From positions 175,926 to 239,925 of the forward strand of contig JACPSK010000001.1 of assembly GCA_016193335.1 (NCBI GenBank): a stretch of DNA of 64,000 nt. Reading direction: 5' to 3'. Shown here piece by piece: positions 29,745 to 39,483 of this stretch. Both the position numbers and the translations under genes were made by a program. This DNA is from Candidatus Magasanikiibacteriota bacterium. GTDB taxonomy: Bacteria; Patescibacteriota; Patescibacteriia; Magasanikbacterales; UBA922. The notes under the pieces are model-generated. The model saw nothing but the letters and a program-made list of their open reading frames with translations, made no database searches and was not told the DNA's origin. Positions within the stretch are counted from its first letter, which is position 1. Each line of letters opens with the position of its first letter.

Positions 29745-29909
29745 ATGTTCAGCTACCGTGATACTGATCTCGATACGATCACCGCCGCCCAGATCAGACG
29801 CGTTGAAGACAAAATCAATAACCGACCAATGAAGTGTCTCAACTATCAAACTCCGAACGAGGCCTATGCAATTGAAATGAACAAAATTATGCCTAACCGC
29901 AATCTATGA
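29745..29909 (+). mobile_element. IS30-family transposase, C-terminal remnant of about 55 aa
   Basis: DTDLDTITAAQIRRVEDKINNRPMKCLNYQTPNEAY matches the IS30 transposase tail ...EL..IA..LN.RPRK.L.+KTP.E.F. No DDE core is present. Confidence 0.55.
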
Positions 29910-29916
29910 AATTAAT

Positions 29917-30228
29917 TTATTTTTTTATCCACAGGTTGCACTTGTAAATTGAATGTGGGTAGTTTGATCGCCCACGAGCCTCAGCGGTTTTCAAGTATTC
30001 ACGGTCCTCGGTATTGTATAATTTTACCACTTCATCAAGGGTCAATGTTTCCCTGGTTTGAATAAGTCCGCAACGGATACATTTTACCATTGGCAAGCAA
30101 ACGCCATAATCTTTATCAGTGACTTTAAAAGTGGCGCACTCATATAAACTAACATACCGCTTAGCAAAGGATACAGGAGTTAGGTCACCTTGGCAAATTT
30201 CGCAATTGATACTCAGATTATTTGGCAT
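29917..30228 (-). pseudogene. N-terminal zinc-ribbon fragment of an NDP-sugar C-methyltransferase (TylCIII-like)
   Basis: CEICQGDL...KCIRCGLIQ resembles the CxxCG...CxxCGLVQL putative zinc-binding N-domain of sugar C-methyltransferases. The SAM-binding domain is missing, and the ORF stops 8 bp from the IS remnant. Confidence 0.45.
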
Positions 30229-30239
30229 AGCGCTAAAAA

Positions 30240-30815
30240 TTATTGAACAAGCAGAGAAAAATTACTGCCCTTTACTAAAAAAATACGGTCAGCTGCATCC
30301 ATAAGTGGACGATCTTCTTCTGAATCGGTAAAAACATCAAAATGTTCCAGATTCTCGGTTTTTAAACGATCAACTTTCGCCATATGCCAACAAGTAGAAA
30401 ATCTATTAAAATCAGGATCATACTCCGTACCATGAACAATCCAGCCTTTAATATTTTTGCGGGCTAAAATTGCTTCAACCAAATCTTTCCAGGCCGCGGT
30501 TGACACATACACACGGTTATATTGTTCGTTTATATACCGAACCAAATCTTCATTAACAAAGGGAAATAATTTTTCCGCATACTCATCGGTAACACGCGCC
30601 GCGCCGCGGCGGTAGACTTCCTTAAATAAAGCATGACGAAATTTTCTCCTAAAAAAAACTTGACGCTGATACGGCAAAATGAATCGCACGCCAAACAGGA
30701 CGATTCCCCACCATAAAATAATCGGGGAACTATAGGTATAGCCGTCACGAAGCATACGCATGGTGGAGTCAACCGTAAGCAAAGTTTTATCAAAATCAAC
30801 CACTGCCGTAGACAT
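30240..30815 (-). CDS. HAD-superfamily hydrolase (phosphatase)
   Basis: Motif I VVDFDKTLL (DxDxT) and motif IV FTDSEEDRPLM. Confidence 0.65.
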   Translation of the reverse strand: MSTAVVDFDKTLLTVDSTMRMLRDGYTYSSPIILWWGIVLFGVRFILPYQRQVFFRRKFRHALFKEVYRRGAARVTDEYAEKLFPFVNEDLVRYINEQYNRVYVSTAAWKDLVEAILARKNIKGWIVHGTEYDPDFNRFSTCWHMAKVDRLKTENLEHFDVFTDSEEDRPLMDAADRIFLVKGSNFSLLVQ

Positions 30816-30824
30816 ACAAAAAAT

Positions 30825-31766
30825 TTATTGACGGATAGAGTATCCTATAAAATGATTTTCCAGAAAAAAATGCAATCTGGGAAAATCAACCCACAACAAT
30901 AAACTGACACTCATGGTTAATAATAAAATGTACAGCATAAACCACCTCTCTCGATAAAGTTTTTCCGGCCGCTGTGCTGGTGAATCAGAATTCATCCCCA
31001 AAGACAGATACCAACCGAATAAAATTGAAAATAAAGGCAAACTCAAAAGAAGTTCAATCCGGTGTTTAATTATAAATACACCAAAGAAAAAGGCAAAACT
31101 CATGGCGTAAAAAAGAATGGATACAAGCAAATTATTTTCCGTGTAAAAACGAAATGACCGACGATAGAGTACGGCCGTACTCCGATCGCCGATAAACCGC
31201 AATTCGGCATACCGCTTCACGGCCATAAGGAATGCCCCGCCCATCCAATATGCAACCAATAAACTCACAGGTGGTAAATAGGCGCTGGTCACAACAAACC
31301 ATCCTAAGGCAAAACGGATAGGATTATTAATTGATTCGGATAATACATCCATGTACATTTTGTCCTTGGTTCGAAACGGTTTTACATTATATAAAAAACC
31401 CATGACCAAAAGAAACAACGCAGCAGCCAAAAAATAATAAGAAATAAAATAGGCAATACTTAAACCTGTTACCGCCAATACTGCATATTCAACAAAAACC
31501 AACTTTGCCTTGATTCTACCTGTTACCGACGGACGATTTTTTTTAAGGGGGTGATATTTATCAAATTCAGCGTCCAGCCACTCATTTATGACATAGTTAG
31601 CGGAAGCAATGATACATACACTTATCAAAGCCAAAAGACCTACCGCAAGCAGACGGTAAGAGAACGTATCGGTCAGCCACATAGCCACGACTACACCGGG
31701 CAACATGAATATATTTTTAAACCAATGTGAGGGTCTGGCAATAGAGATATAATCTTTTAAACTCAT
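30825..31766 (-). CDS. UbiA-family polyprenyltransferase-like membrane protein (candidate polyprenyl-phosphate phosphoribosyltransferase)
   Basis: About 8 TM helices. An N-x-x-x-D-x-x-x-D motif (NEWLDAEFD) follows an RP...W...F..PG segment, and a second acidic motif KDKMYMD is present. The gene abuts the HAD hydrolase gene. Confidence 0.55.
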   Translation of the reverse strand: MSLKDYISIARPSHWFKNIFMLPGVVVAMWLTDTFSYRLLAVGLLALISVCIIASANYVINEWLDAEFDKYHPLKKNRPSVTGRIKAKLVFVEYAVLAVTGLSIAYFISYYFLAAALFLLVMGFLYNVKPFRTKDKMYMDVLSESINNPIRFALGWFVVTSAYLPPVSLLVAYWMGGAFLMAVKRYAELRFIGDRSTAVLYRRSFRFYTENNLLVSILFYAMSFAFFFGVFIIKHRIELLLSLPLFSILFGWYLSLGMNSDSPAQRPEKLYRERWFMLYILLLTMSVSLLLWVDFPRLHFFLENHFIGYSIRQ

Positions 31767-31859
31767 AAAATCAAGCTCTAAAAAGACCCTGAAACTACAA
31801 ACATAATAACATAAACCCATCTTTATGACAATGGCTGCGGAATCAAAAAACAGCGGCTT

Positions 31860-32618
31860 TCATCTTTCATATTCTCCCCTCCCGAGTCTGAGCCGAATAT
31901 GAATTATATCCCAGATCATCATCAAGGTGTCTGCGACAAGGCGCACACTGCTTTCTTTATGATGAATCAATTCCACCGGAAAATCTAAAAATAAAAGGCT
32001 GTTTTTCCGAGCGATAACAAACATTTCTATATCAAAAGCAAAACGGTCCACGCGTGAACATTCAAGAAGCAAAACAGCAAATTCTTTCCTCATCATTTTT
32101 ATGCCGCATTGAGTATCCGGAATTCCTGAAAGCAGGACGGATTGCACGACATATTTAAAAAATGTTCTGCCCGCGTTTCTGATAAATCCATACTTTTTTC
32201 GTGATTGCGAAGCCGGATGACTCCGAGACCCATAGAGCAAGGACAAATCCGTTTGCGCCCGCATCTGACCAAGCATATGGCCAAACATCGCTATGCCATA
32301 AGGCAGATCCGCGTCAGTAAAAACAAGAAAAGCCCCGCGCGCCTTCCGGAATCCTTCTTTGAGCGCCCCGCCTTTCCCCTTGTTTTCGGGGAGATGCAAA
32401 ATCGTATAATCTCTTATGGATCCGGCATACGATCGGGCGATCTCGAGAGTCCTGTCTGAGCTTCCGTCATCAACCACTATAATTTCCACACCATATCCGC
32501 AGGAGACCGCATAATCCCGAAGCGTGCGCAAAGAAGATTCCAAAAAGGCCTCCGCGTTCAAGACCGGAATAATAATCGACACATCAATAGTCCTATTTAT
32601 TATCTGGGGTTCTTTCAT
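31860..32618 (-). CDS. GT2 glycosyltransferase
   Basis: VSIIIPVLNAE...VVDDGSSDRT...TDADL motifs. The internal start MKEPQ at 32618 removes the overlap with the upstream gene. Confidence 0.7.
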   Translation of the reverse strand: MKEPQIINRTIDVSIIIPVLNAEAFLESSLRTLRDYAVSCGYGVEIIVVDDGSSDRTLEIARSYAGSIRDYTILHLPENKGKGGALKEGFRKARGAFLVFTDADLPYGIAMFGHMLGQMRAQTDLSLLYGSRSHPASQSRKKYGFIRNAGRTFFKYVVQSVLLSGIPDTQCGIKMMRKEFAVLLLECSRVDRFAFDIEMFVIARKNSLLFLDFPVELIHHKESSVRLVADTLMMIWDIIHIRLRLGRGEYER

Positions 32619-34056
32619 ACAAAGTATAATGCCCTCGCTGAGCCGTGGGCCTATAGGATTCCAAAATAGTTGTTTCCAAGTTAGCCAATCTAAGTTCTGA
32701 AAGCGAAGCGCCGGAGACGATATAAGAAAATAAATTCCCGTTTTTATTTTCCAATCCGTCAACCCCGAAATGCAAAACCGGATTGATTTGGAGATATTGA
32801 TATATCTCGAACTCATCCGACAAAAAAGCAAGAGAGGGACTATTTATCATCAAAATATCAGAACCAAAATCCACATGATCTTTTACGGTCATCTCCATAT
32901 CTTGAACTTCTTGTGAAAAATATAAAGGTTCATCCACTTTTTTGATAAACAAAAAAGTTTGGAGCGAAACGAGACAAGCCAAGATAGCAAGTGCGTATGT
33001 TCTGCCGATGAGTTTAAAAAGCGCGAAAGGAAAAAACAAAAATAAAAGCAGGTGAGCAGGGAAAAAGTACCGGTACCATCCCGGCGTCTTCAGATACCAA
33101 AGAACATTCAATAGTATGAATACAAAAAGAATCAGCTCTGATCCCGAGAGAAAATCACCTTTCCGAAAACGCTTTATAAATGAAAGGCCGCTTATTAAAA
33201 ACAAAAACAGGAAATGAAGCGGCGTGCTTTCCCGCAAAAAACGAAGGGCATTCCCCGCGACAAGCCCCCCTATATTCGCTTCCGCGTAAGAATTGGCGTA
33301 AAAATCAAGCGTTTCCTTGAGTCCCGCCATACTGAATTCCGGCATGATAATGAAAAAATATATGAGAAGCGGGGGAAGCAATCCGGCGCCAAAAACCAAG
33401 GACTGCGCCAAAACTCCTTTTTTATGTTTCAAAAAACGATATGCCTCATATACGAATACGGCGGGAAGAATCAATACAAAAAAAGGCTTGGTGGCCACAC
33501 TCAAACCTATCAGTATGCCTGAAACAAAAAACCTTCGGAGACCCTGAGCGCCATAAAAAGCACAAACGCCTAAAAGCAAAAAACTTAAGCCCGGAACCTC
33601 GCCAAGCGCTGCTTTGCCGTTTCCATAAAAAGGAATAAAACTTATAATCAAAACAAGAGTCCATAAGGCGGCTTCTTTGTTATGGTAAACCATTCGAACA
33701 AAAAAATACGCGGTTCCGGAGAATAGCAACATATACAGGATCATGGGTATTCGAGCGGCCCCAATGCCCGAACCGAAAAATTTCAAAGACAGAGCCACCG
33801 GAATTATCAAAGGGTAATTGCTCGTTATCAAAAAAGACCGCTCTTCCACAAATTGTCCGGGGCCGATTTTTAAGCTAAATATCCAGTCTTCGGCCAGACT
33901 TTGGGCTATGCCCATGTTTATCCCTTCGTCAAACCAGGTGGCAGGCGAATACGAGATTCGCCAGAAGCCAAAAAATAGCAAGACAGCAAAAAGTAAACCC
34001 AGAAGTACCGTATGCCTGGGTACATAAGAAAAAACCTTTTGAAACAGAGTCTGCAT
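32593..34056 (-). CDS. GT-C-type glycosyltransferase (ArnT/PMT_2-like)
   Basis: WFDEGINMGIAQSL motif after TM1, a KP-type motif SVATKPFFVL and about 12 TM helices. Confidence 0.6.
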   Translation of the reverse strand: MQTLFQKVFSYVPRHTVLLGLLFAVLLFFGFWRISYSPATWFDEGINMGIAQSLAEDWIFSLKIGPGQFVEERSFLITSNYPLIIPVALSLKFFGSGIGAARIPMILYMLLFSGTAYFFVRMVYHNKEAALWTLVLIISFIPFYGNGKAALGEVPGLSFLLLGVCAFYGAQGLRRFFVSGILIGLSVATKPFFVLILPAVFVYEAYRFLKHKKGVLAQSLVFGAGLLPPLLIYFFIIMPEFSMAGLKETLDFYANSYAEANIGGLVAGNALRFLRESTPLHFLFLFLISGLSFIKRFRKGDFLSGSELILFVFILLNVLWYLKTPGWYRYFFPAHLLLFLFFPFALFKLIGRTYALAILACLVSLQTFLFIKKVDEPLYFSQEVQDMEMTVKDHVDFGSDILMINSPSLAFLSDEFEIYQYLQINPVLHFGVDGLENKNGNLFSYIVSGASLSELRLANLETTILESYRPTAQRGHYTLYERTPDNK

Positions 34057-34074
34057 ATTAGTGAATCTATCTTT

Positions 34075-35415
34075 TCAGCTGAATAACCGATACAGATGTT
34101 CGTGTACCGCGGGCCAGAAAAAAATAAAATCCAACACACTTATAATAAGCAGCAAAGAAAAAACTCTATACAAAGCCTTTAAAGCCTCTTTCTTTCTTTC
34201 ATAGAGCAGAACCAGAAAATAGGATCCAAAAAGCGCCAAGAAAGGATAAATTTGAAGACGATACCTGGATTCTACCACGCTTGGTAAAAGAAGGATCGGA
34301 GCGCTCAAACCGAGCGCGATACAATAATACAGTATGGTGCTTTTCTCTTTTTTAGAAAGCAACATTCCCGAAAAACCGCTCACAAACAAAATTCCTATGC
34401 CGATAAGCGAGCTCAAAACAAAGGCTATTTGCCCGATCCCGTTTTGATAAAACCAAAAACCCATCGGGCGTATTAAACTGAAATAACGGAGAAATCTGAG
34501 AAAAGACAGCTTGATAAAATGTGAGGGATCTTCTTTCAGAACCCGCAAAAATTCCTGGCGTGCTTTTTCTTTTAAATCAAAGGAACCTTCCTCGTTGAGA
34601 TATTCTGTCAAAGGATTGTACCCACCCGCGATCTGCCCGCCATTGGCGCTTTCAATATTACCGATCCACAAATTATATTCTCCGATTAGAGTGGTGGGAA
34701 TAAAATCCCCATAAATCGCATGATTTCGGAGAGCCCAGGGAATCAAAACGATAACAAAAAAACAAAAAAACAAAAACAACTGCGCATAATATTTACGTAT
34801 TGCATAAAAAAACAAAAAAACAGGCACAAAAAGCAATATGGGCGGCCGTGTGAGTATCGCGAGGCCTGTCAGGAATCCGAGTAAGGCCGCGGCGATTTTT
34901 CTCTCAGGTCGGCTAAAAATCTTCACAAAGACGTAGAGTGTCGCTATCGTAAAAAAAAGATACAAGGTCTCAGTCATAAGCATCGCGGATATTTCTATCA
35001 AATCAGGATGCAAACCAAAGAGACCCAAGGCCACAAAAGCGATGGCATTTTTGCTCGTTTGTTTCTCGAACACCATTCTCGCGATCAGAAAAATAAGGTA
35101 CGCGGAAACTGCGTGCAGGAAAGCTTGAATAAGCCATACGGCCTCGTAATAATGGCCGAATACAAAATATATCCCGGCGAGAAAAAATTCATAAGCAGGC
35201 CCTGCGCGAAGTATGGCGCCATCAAATTCATAGGATTTCGCCGCATCTTCCCTGAAACCCTGGCCATCAAGAATATTCAAAGCTATTCGATCGTATGCTT
35301 TCGCGTCGACCACGGGGTTTATCTTATAATAAAAAGAGTATCCTGCGGATAGCAAAAAAATGACAAGTAAAAACGCGGCGAGCCATTTACGCTCTTTGTT
35401 CCATTTCATAAGCAA
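34075..35415 (-). CDS. GT-C-type glycosyltransferase (ArnT/PMT_2-like)
   Basis: VVDAKAYDRIALNIL aligns with ArnT DEARYAEISREML. An LTRPPILLF segment resembles the KPPL motif. Many TM helices. Confidence 0.6.
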   Translation of the reverse strand: MLMKWNKERKWLAAFLLVIFLLSAGYSFYYKINPVVDAKAYDRIALNILDGQGFREDAAKSYEFDGAILRAGPAYEFFLAGIYFVFGHYYEAVWLIQAFLHAVSAYLIFLIARMVFEKQTSKNAIAFVALGLFGLHPDLIEISAMLMTETLYLFFTIATLYVFVKIFSRPERKIAAALLGFLTGLAILTRPPILLFVPVFLFFYAIRKYYAQLFLFFCFFVIVLIPWALRNHAIYGDFIPTTLIGEYNLWIGNIESANGGQIAGGYNPLTEYLNEEGSFDLKEKARQEFLRVLKEDPSHFIKLSFLRFLRYFSLIRPMGFWFYQNGIGQIAFVLSSLIGIGILFVSGFSGMLLSKKEKSTILYYCIALGLSAPILLLPSVVESRYRLQIYPFLALFGSYFLVLLYERKKEALKALYRVFSLLLIISVLDFIFFWPAVHEHLYRLFS

Positions 35416-36367
35416 TCATCCGTTCTATCAAGGACAAAAACGAATACTCAGGTTTCCAGCCAAGAGAGACAGCTATGCGCTCATTGGACGCGCCGAGTTC
35501 ACTCGTGTCTCGCTTGCGTATAAAATCAGAATTGACCCGAACATAAGCCTCCCAATCCTTAATCCCCAGTGCTTCAAAAGCCACCTTAAGAAGTTCTCTC
35601 AGAGTATGCTGTTCTCCGCTTGAAATAATAAAATCTTCAGGCTTCTTTGCTTGGAGCATCATCCACATGGCCCGCACGTAATCACCCGCGAATCCCCAGT
35701 CTCTGCTCACATTGAGGTTCCCCAGCTCCAGATATTTTTTATTTCCTTTCTTAAGATCAGCCACTCCTTTGATAATTTTTTTAAACACAAAGGTATCCGG
35801 CCGAAGCGGAGATTCGTGTTGAAACAAAATGCCGTTTACCGCGAATAGCCCATATTGTTCACGAAAATTGATTACGGAAAAATGCGCGGCAAGTTTTGTG
35901 ACGCTGTATAAATCGATAGGTTTAAACTCAGATTGGTCTTCGGTGACTCTCAGAGTTTCGAGTTTTTCTTGTTCATAGATTTTACCGCTTGAAGCCTGAA
36001 ATATCCGTGTCTCTCCGCTGTAACGCCGCGCTGATTCAAGCATATTCACCACTGCATCACAGTTTGTCTGAAAAGCTTCGAGCGGCCGCTCCCAGACTCC
36101 CGTCACGCTACTTAAAGCGGCGAGATTGTAGTATTCATGGGGCTGCGTTTTTTTGAGTATATCTTCTACGCGAGGATAATCCCTCACATCGCATTCCAAA
36201 ATTTCCACCTGATTTTGGATACCAAAATGATCCAAACGCCACAAAGCCTCCCGAGTGGCACGGCGGCACAGACCAATCACCCGGTAGTTTTTTCGCAACA
36301 AAAAGTCCGCTAAATAAGCGCCATCTTGGCCTGCGATTCCGCTAATCAGAGCTATTTTGTCCGCCAT
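35387..36367 (-). CDS. gmd: GDP-mannose 4,6-dehydratase family (may act on GDP-heptose)
   Basis: ALISGIAGQDGAYLADFLL and ILFQHESPLR blocks match Gmd, whose consensus is ILFNHESPRR. Confidence 0.8.
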   Translation of the reverse strand: MADKIALISGIAGQDGAYLADFLLRKNYRVIGLCRRATREALWRLDHFGIQNQVEILECDVRDYPRVEDILKKTQPHEYYNLAALSSVTGVWERPLEAFQTNCDAVVNMLESARRYSGETRIFQASSGKIYEQEKLETLRVTEDQSEFKPIDLYSVTKLAAHFSVINFREQYGLFAVNGILFQHESPLRPDTFVFKKIIKGVADLKKGNKKYLELGNLNVSRDWGFAGDYVRAMWMMLQAKKPEDFIISSGEQHTLRELLKVAFEALGIKDWEAYVRVNSDFIRKRDTSELGASNERIAVSLGWKPEYSFLSLIERMIAYEMEQRA

Positions 36368-36370
36368 ATT

Positions 36371-37597
36371 TCAAGTGCTAGGGAAGAGACTCTCAAGAGA
36401 ATTTTTAATAATTCCCGTCAAACGCTCAGAAGAAAACAAAGCCGAAGCCTGGTCTTTGGCTTTAATTGAGAGTCTCTGCCTCAAATCCAGGTCTCTCAAT
36501 ACGCCAAGAGCTTCTGCAAATTCCCGGGGAGAATCCGCAGTAAGCAGATGTTCTCCATTGTAAAATGGATAGCCCGCTATACCGCGAGACGAAACAAGAG
36601 CGGGGAATCCCCTGGCCAACGGCTCGAATATTTTCTGTTGCATTCCCGCTCCGTACAAAGAAGGAATAAGCGCTATATCCATTCCTTCGAATACCTTATT
36701 CAATTCTCCAAGTGGTACATAGCCATGTTGCGTCACGCCATTCACGCAGAGAGTTTCCAAATGAGAGGGCAATTTTGCCCCGAAAATATGGAATTCAAAT
36801 TCGCCGGGGAACATATGTTGAACCAAAGGGACAATCCGAGAAAGAAGCATTTCCGCGGCCGCCCGATTATGCGCCACATTGTATGTGGATCCGAAAAAGA
36901 ATACTTGAAGAGGGCTGGAATCTTTTATATTCGCCTTATAAGAAAGATAAGAAGAAATCCCCCGAAGCGGAAGCACTATCACATTTTTAGATCCTATCTT
37001 TTTATACCATTTCTCTTCGTCCGGCGTGATCGCGAAAAGGACATCGCTTAATTTTCCCGTAATGTATTCACTCAAAAATTTCGGCAAAAATTTTAGATAG
37101 TTCCAAGCGCTGCGGCCGTCCTCTTCCAAAAAATGCAAGGCCTCAAAATTGATAGAACGGCTGACAATGGGTATTTTCCTTTTTTTCACAAAACGGAAAA
37201 GCGGCCATAGATAGGTATAATCAAACCAGACCAGATCGGGCTGAAATTCGTCCAAGATACGCAAAAGTTCCTTTTGTATTTCTGGATCCCTGTATTCGTA
37301 GGCGGCTCCGTCCAAGTACCAAGGTCTCGCGAGACGTCCACAGATATTTTTTATCTTCTGAATCTTGGACATGTTTGCTCGAAGATTTTTGTATGGAACC
37401 GCGGATATGGGAATCTCAAGAGCCTCGCTCATTGTTTCCGCTTCTTTTCTGTATTTCTCTGAAGAAACCTTGGTAAGTACAGATACTTCATAACCCCAGC
37501 TTATAAATTGCTCTATTCCGGTCGCCCTATCTTGTTCGCAAGCCCCGTAAGCCGGAAACGGAAATTTCGGAGTTATGATCAAAATTTTCCTCTTCAT
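36371..37597 (-). CDS. GT4-like glycosyltransferase
   Basis: A C-terminal block [30 protein letters not shown] resembles the GT4 E-x7-E region. The N-terminus is divergent. Confidence 0.55.
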   Translation of the reverse strand: MKRKILIITPKFPFPAYGACEQDRATGIEQFISWGYEVSVLTKVSSEKYRKEAETMSEALEIPISAVPYKNLRANMSKIQKIKNICGRLARPWYLDGAAYEYRDPEIQKELLRILDEFQPDLVWFDYTYLWPLFRFVKKRKIPIVSRSINFEALHFLEEDGRSAWNYLKFLPKFLSEYITGKLSDVLFAITPDEEKWYKKIGSKNVIVLPLRGISSYLSYKANIKDSSPLQVFFFGSTYNVAHNRAAAEMLLSRIVPLVQHMFPGEFEFHIFGAKLPSHLETLCVNGVTQHGYVPLGELNKVFEGMDIALIPSLYGAGMQQKIFEPLARGFPALVSSRGIAGYPFYNGEHLLTADSPREFAEALGVLRDLDLRQRLSIKAKDQASALFSSERLTGIIKNSLESLFPST

Positions 37598-38301
37598 GAA
37601 AATAGATTAAATTTAATTATGGCCCACAAAGCGCTGAAACCATCTTTCCAACCTATTTTTTTGCCCTCGGCATAGGTACGGCCGCTGTATGAAATCCCCA
37701 CTTCATAAATTCTCAAACGCTCCCGCGCCACTCTGGCTGTTATCTCGGGTTCAATGGTAAAGCGATCTGAGCTCAGCTTAGGAAGAATTCTTTTCAAGGC
37801 TTCTCCGGTAAAAGCCTTGTAGCAGGTCTCCATGTCCGTAAGATTGATATTGGTAAACATGTTGGAAAGAAGGGTCAAAAACCGGTTTCCCACATAATGC
37901 CAGAAAAAAAGAACCCGGTGAGGCCTATTGCCCAAAAAACGAGAACCATAAACTACATCAGCGCGGCCATCAAGTAAAGGCTCAAGGAGAACCGGGTATT
38001 CTTCTGGATTATATTCCAAATCAGCATCTTGGATAATAACAAAGTCCCCTTTGGCCGCGGCAAAACCGCTCCGGAGGGCCGCTCCCTTACCTTTGTTTTC
38101 AGGATGAAACAGTACGCGCAAAGAGTCTTGATTTTTATCAAGACCTTGCAACAATTCCCTCGTACCGTCAGTGGAAAAATCATCAACCAAAATAATTTCC
38201 TTCTCCATGCCTTCGAGAGCAACCTTTTTCACGGCGTCAATGAGGCCGAGTATTGTATGTTTTTCATTATATACCGGTATGACTACTGACAATATCTTCA
38301 T
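37594..38301 (-). CDS. GT2 glycosyltransferase (soluble DPM1-like)
   Basis: [10 protein letters not shown]...[10 protein letters not shown]...QDADLE motifs. No C-terminal TM helices. Confidence 0.7.
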   Translation of the reverse strand: MKILSVVIPVYNEKHTILGLIDAVKKVALEGMEKEIILVDDFSTDGTRELLQGLDKNQDSLRVLFHPENKGKGAALRSGFAAAKGDFVIIQDADLEYNPEEYPVLLEPLLDGRADVVYGSRFLGNRPHRVLFFWHYVGNRFLTLLSNMFTNINLTDMETCYKAFTGEALKRILPKLSSDRFTIEPEITARVARERLRIYEVGISYSGRTYAEGKKIGWKDGFSALWAIIKFNLFS

Positions 38302-38442
38302 ACATCAAATATCTATGGGCTTATTCATGAGAATATGAATATAAGATCTTAATTACAAACCGTGGAAAAAATAAATCTCCGCGACATTTCCGTGGCAGAC
38401 TCAGGGAAAAATACATTCCCAGGCCTGCTTGTCTTGATTTTA

Positions 38443-39483
38443 TCAAGAGTCAAAATAAGCAACAATCCGGGTAAGAACCCGATCCAAAGAAAAATGACTC
38501 TCTATGAATTCAACGGCTTTTTGATTCCGTGTTAGTATATCAGCTGAGAGCATTTTTTCAAGCGTAATGAAGAGCGCGCCGGAATTATTGGCTGGAAATC
38601 TCTCCAACAGACCGTCAAAGCCCTCATACGCCTCGCTCGAGCTAATGACTCGAAGGCCTGAGGCAAGAGCTTCGAGAACCACCTTGTCCATGCTTCCGGT
38701 TTTACTCGTATGAACCAATATATCGCTTGCCGCGTATTCCTTGGCCATCTCATGGTATTTTTTCCCCCCGATAAAGCGCAGCTTGTCGGAGAGATTGAGT
38801 CTTTGTATAAGTTCTTCCAAAACTTTTTTATACTCTTGGTCTGCCACCGTGATAGGTTCGCCGATAATATCCAATACGAGAGCTCGTTCAGGATGTTTTT
38901 CTACTACTTTATGAAAGCCTAAAATCACCGTTTCCAAATCTTTTACCAGGCTGATTCGTCCGACGCACATCAAACGAACACTGTTGTTTTTTCGCGTATC
39001 CGAGATATTTGAAAAGAGATCAACATCAATACCGTGTCCCAGAACCTCCACTTTTTTGCTCGGGAGGCGGAAACTCTCTTTGGAAGCCGTAAAAATCTTT
39101 GTGGCAATTTTTTCCGCGAGACGCAATTTGAAATTCACGGCTTTGTGCGTGTACCAGAGCAAAACTTTTTTCCGGCTCAAACGCCAAAAAAAACCACCAA
39201 GAATCAAGTACTCAGGATTCATGTGCACGAATACGTGATCATAATGTTTGCGTTCAGAAAAAATATAACGATAAAAACGAAACAGATAAACAAAACGCGA
39301 AGTTCCCTCTTCTTTGCCCAAAGACAAAACATTCACGTTCAGAGGAAAATCGTAGTCCCCCTTTTTCAGACAAATCACGGTCAGTGTATCCACCTGGCCG
39401 GCAATCTTTTTTATCCAGGTATGAAAAAAACCAAGATCAGTATCGTCCCGGTCAACCGTCTGAGTAATTAATAAAAGTTTCAT
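38443..39483 (-). CDS. GT4 glycosyltransferase
   Basis: LVHTSKTGSMDKVVLEALASGLRVISS matches the E-x7-E region. Confidence 0.7.
   Translation of the reverse strand: MKLLLITQTVDRDDTDLGFFHTWIKKIAGQVDTLTVICLKKGDYDFPLNVNVLSLGKEEGTSRFVYLFRFYRYIFSERKHYDHVFVHMNPEYLILGGFFWRLSRKKVLLWYTHKAVNFKLRLAEKIATKIFTASKESFRLPSKKVEVLGHGIDVDLFSNISDTRKNNSVRLMCVGRISLVKDLETVILGFHKVVEKHPERALVLDIIGEPITVADQEYKKVLEELIQRLNLSDKLRFIGGKKYHEMAKEYAASDILVHTSKTGSMDKVVLEALASGLRVISSSEAYEGFDGLLERFPANNSGALFITLEKMLSADILTRNQKAVEFIESHFSLDRVLTRIVAYFDS

Noticed and set aside
29544-29909. The full-length 121-aa plus-strand ORF as an intact gene.
   Set aside because: Only its last 55 residues resemble an IS30 transposase tail. The N-terminal part is antisense to the RmlB fragment and looks non-coding. 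It is reported only as a transposase remnant.
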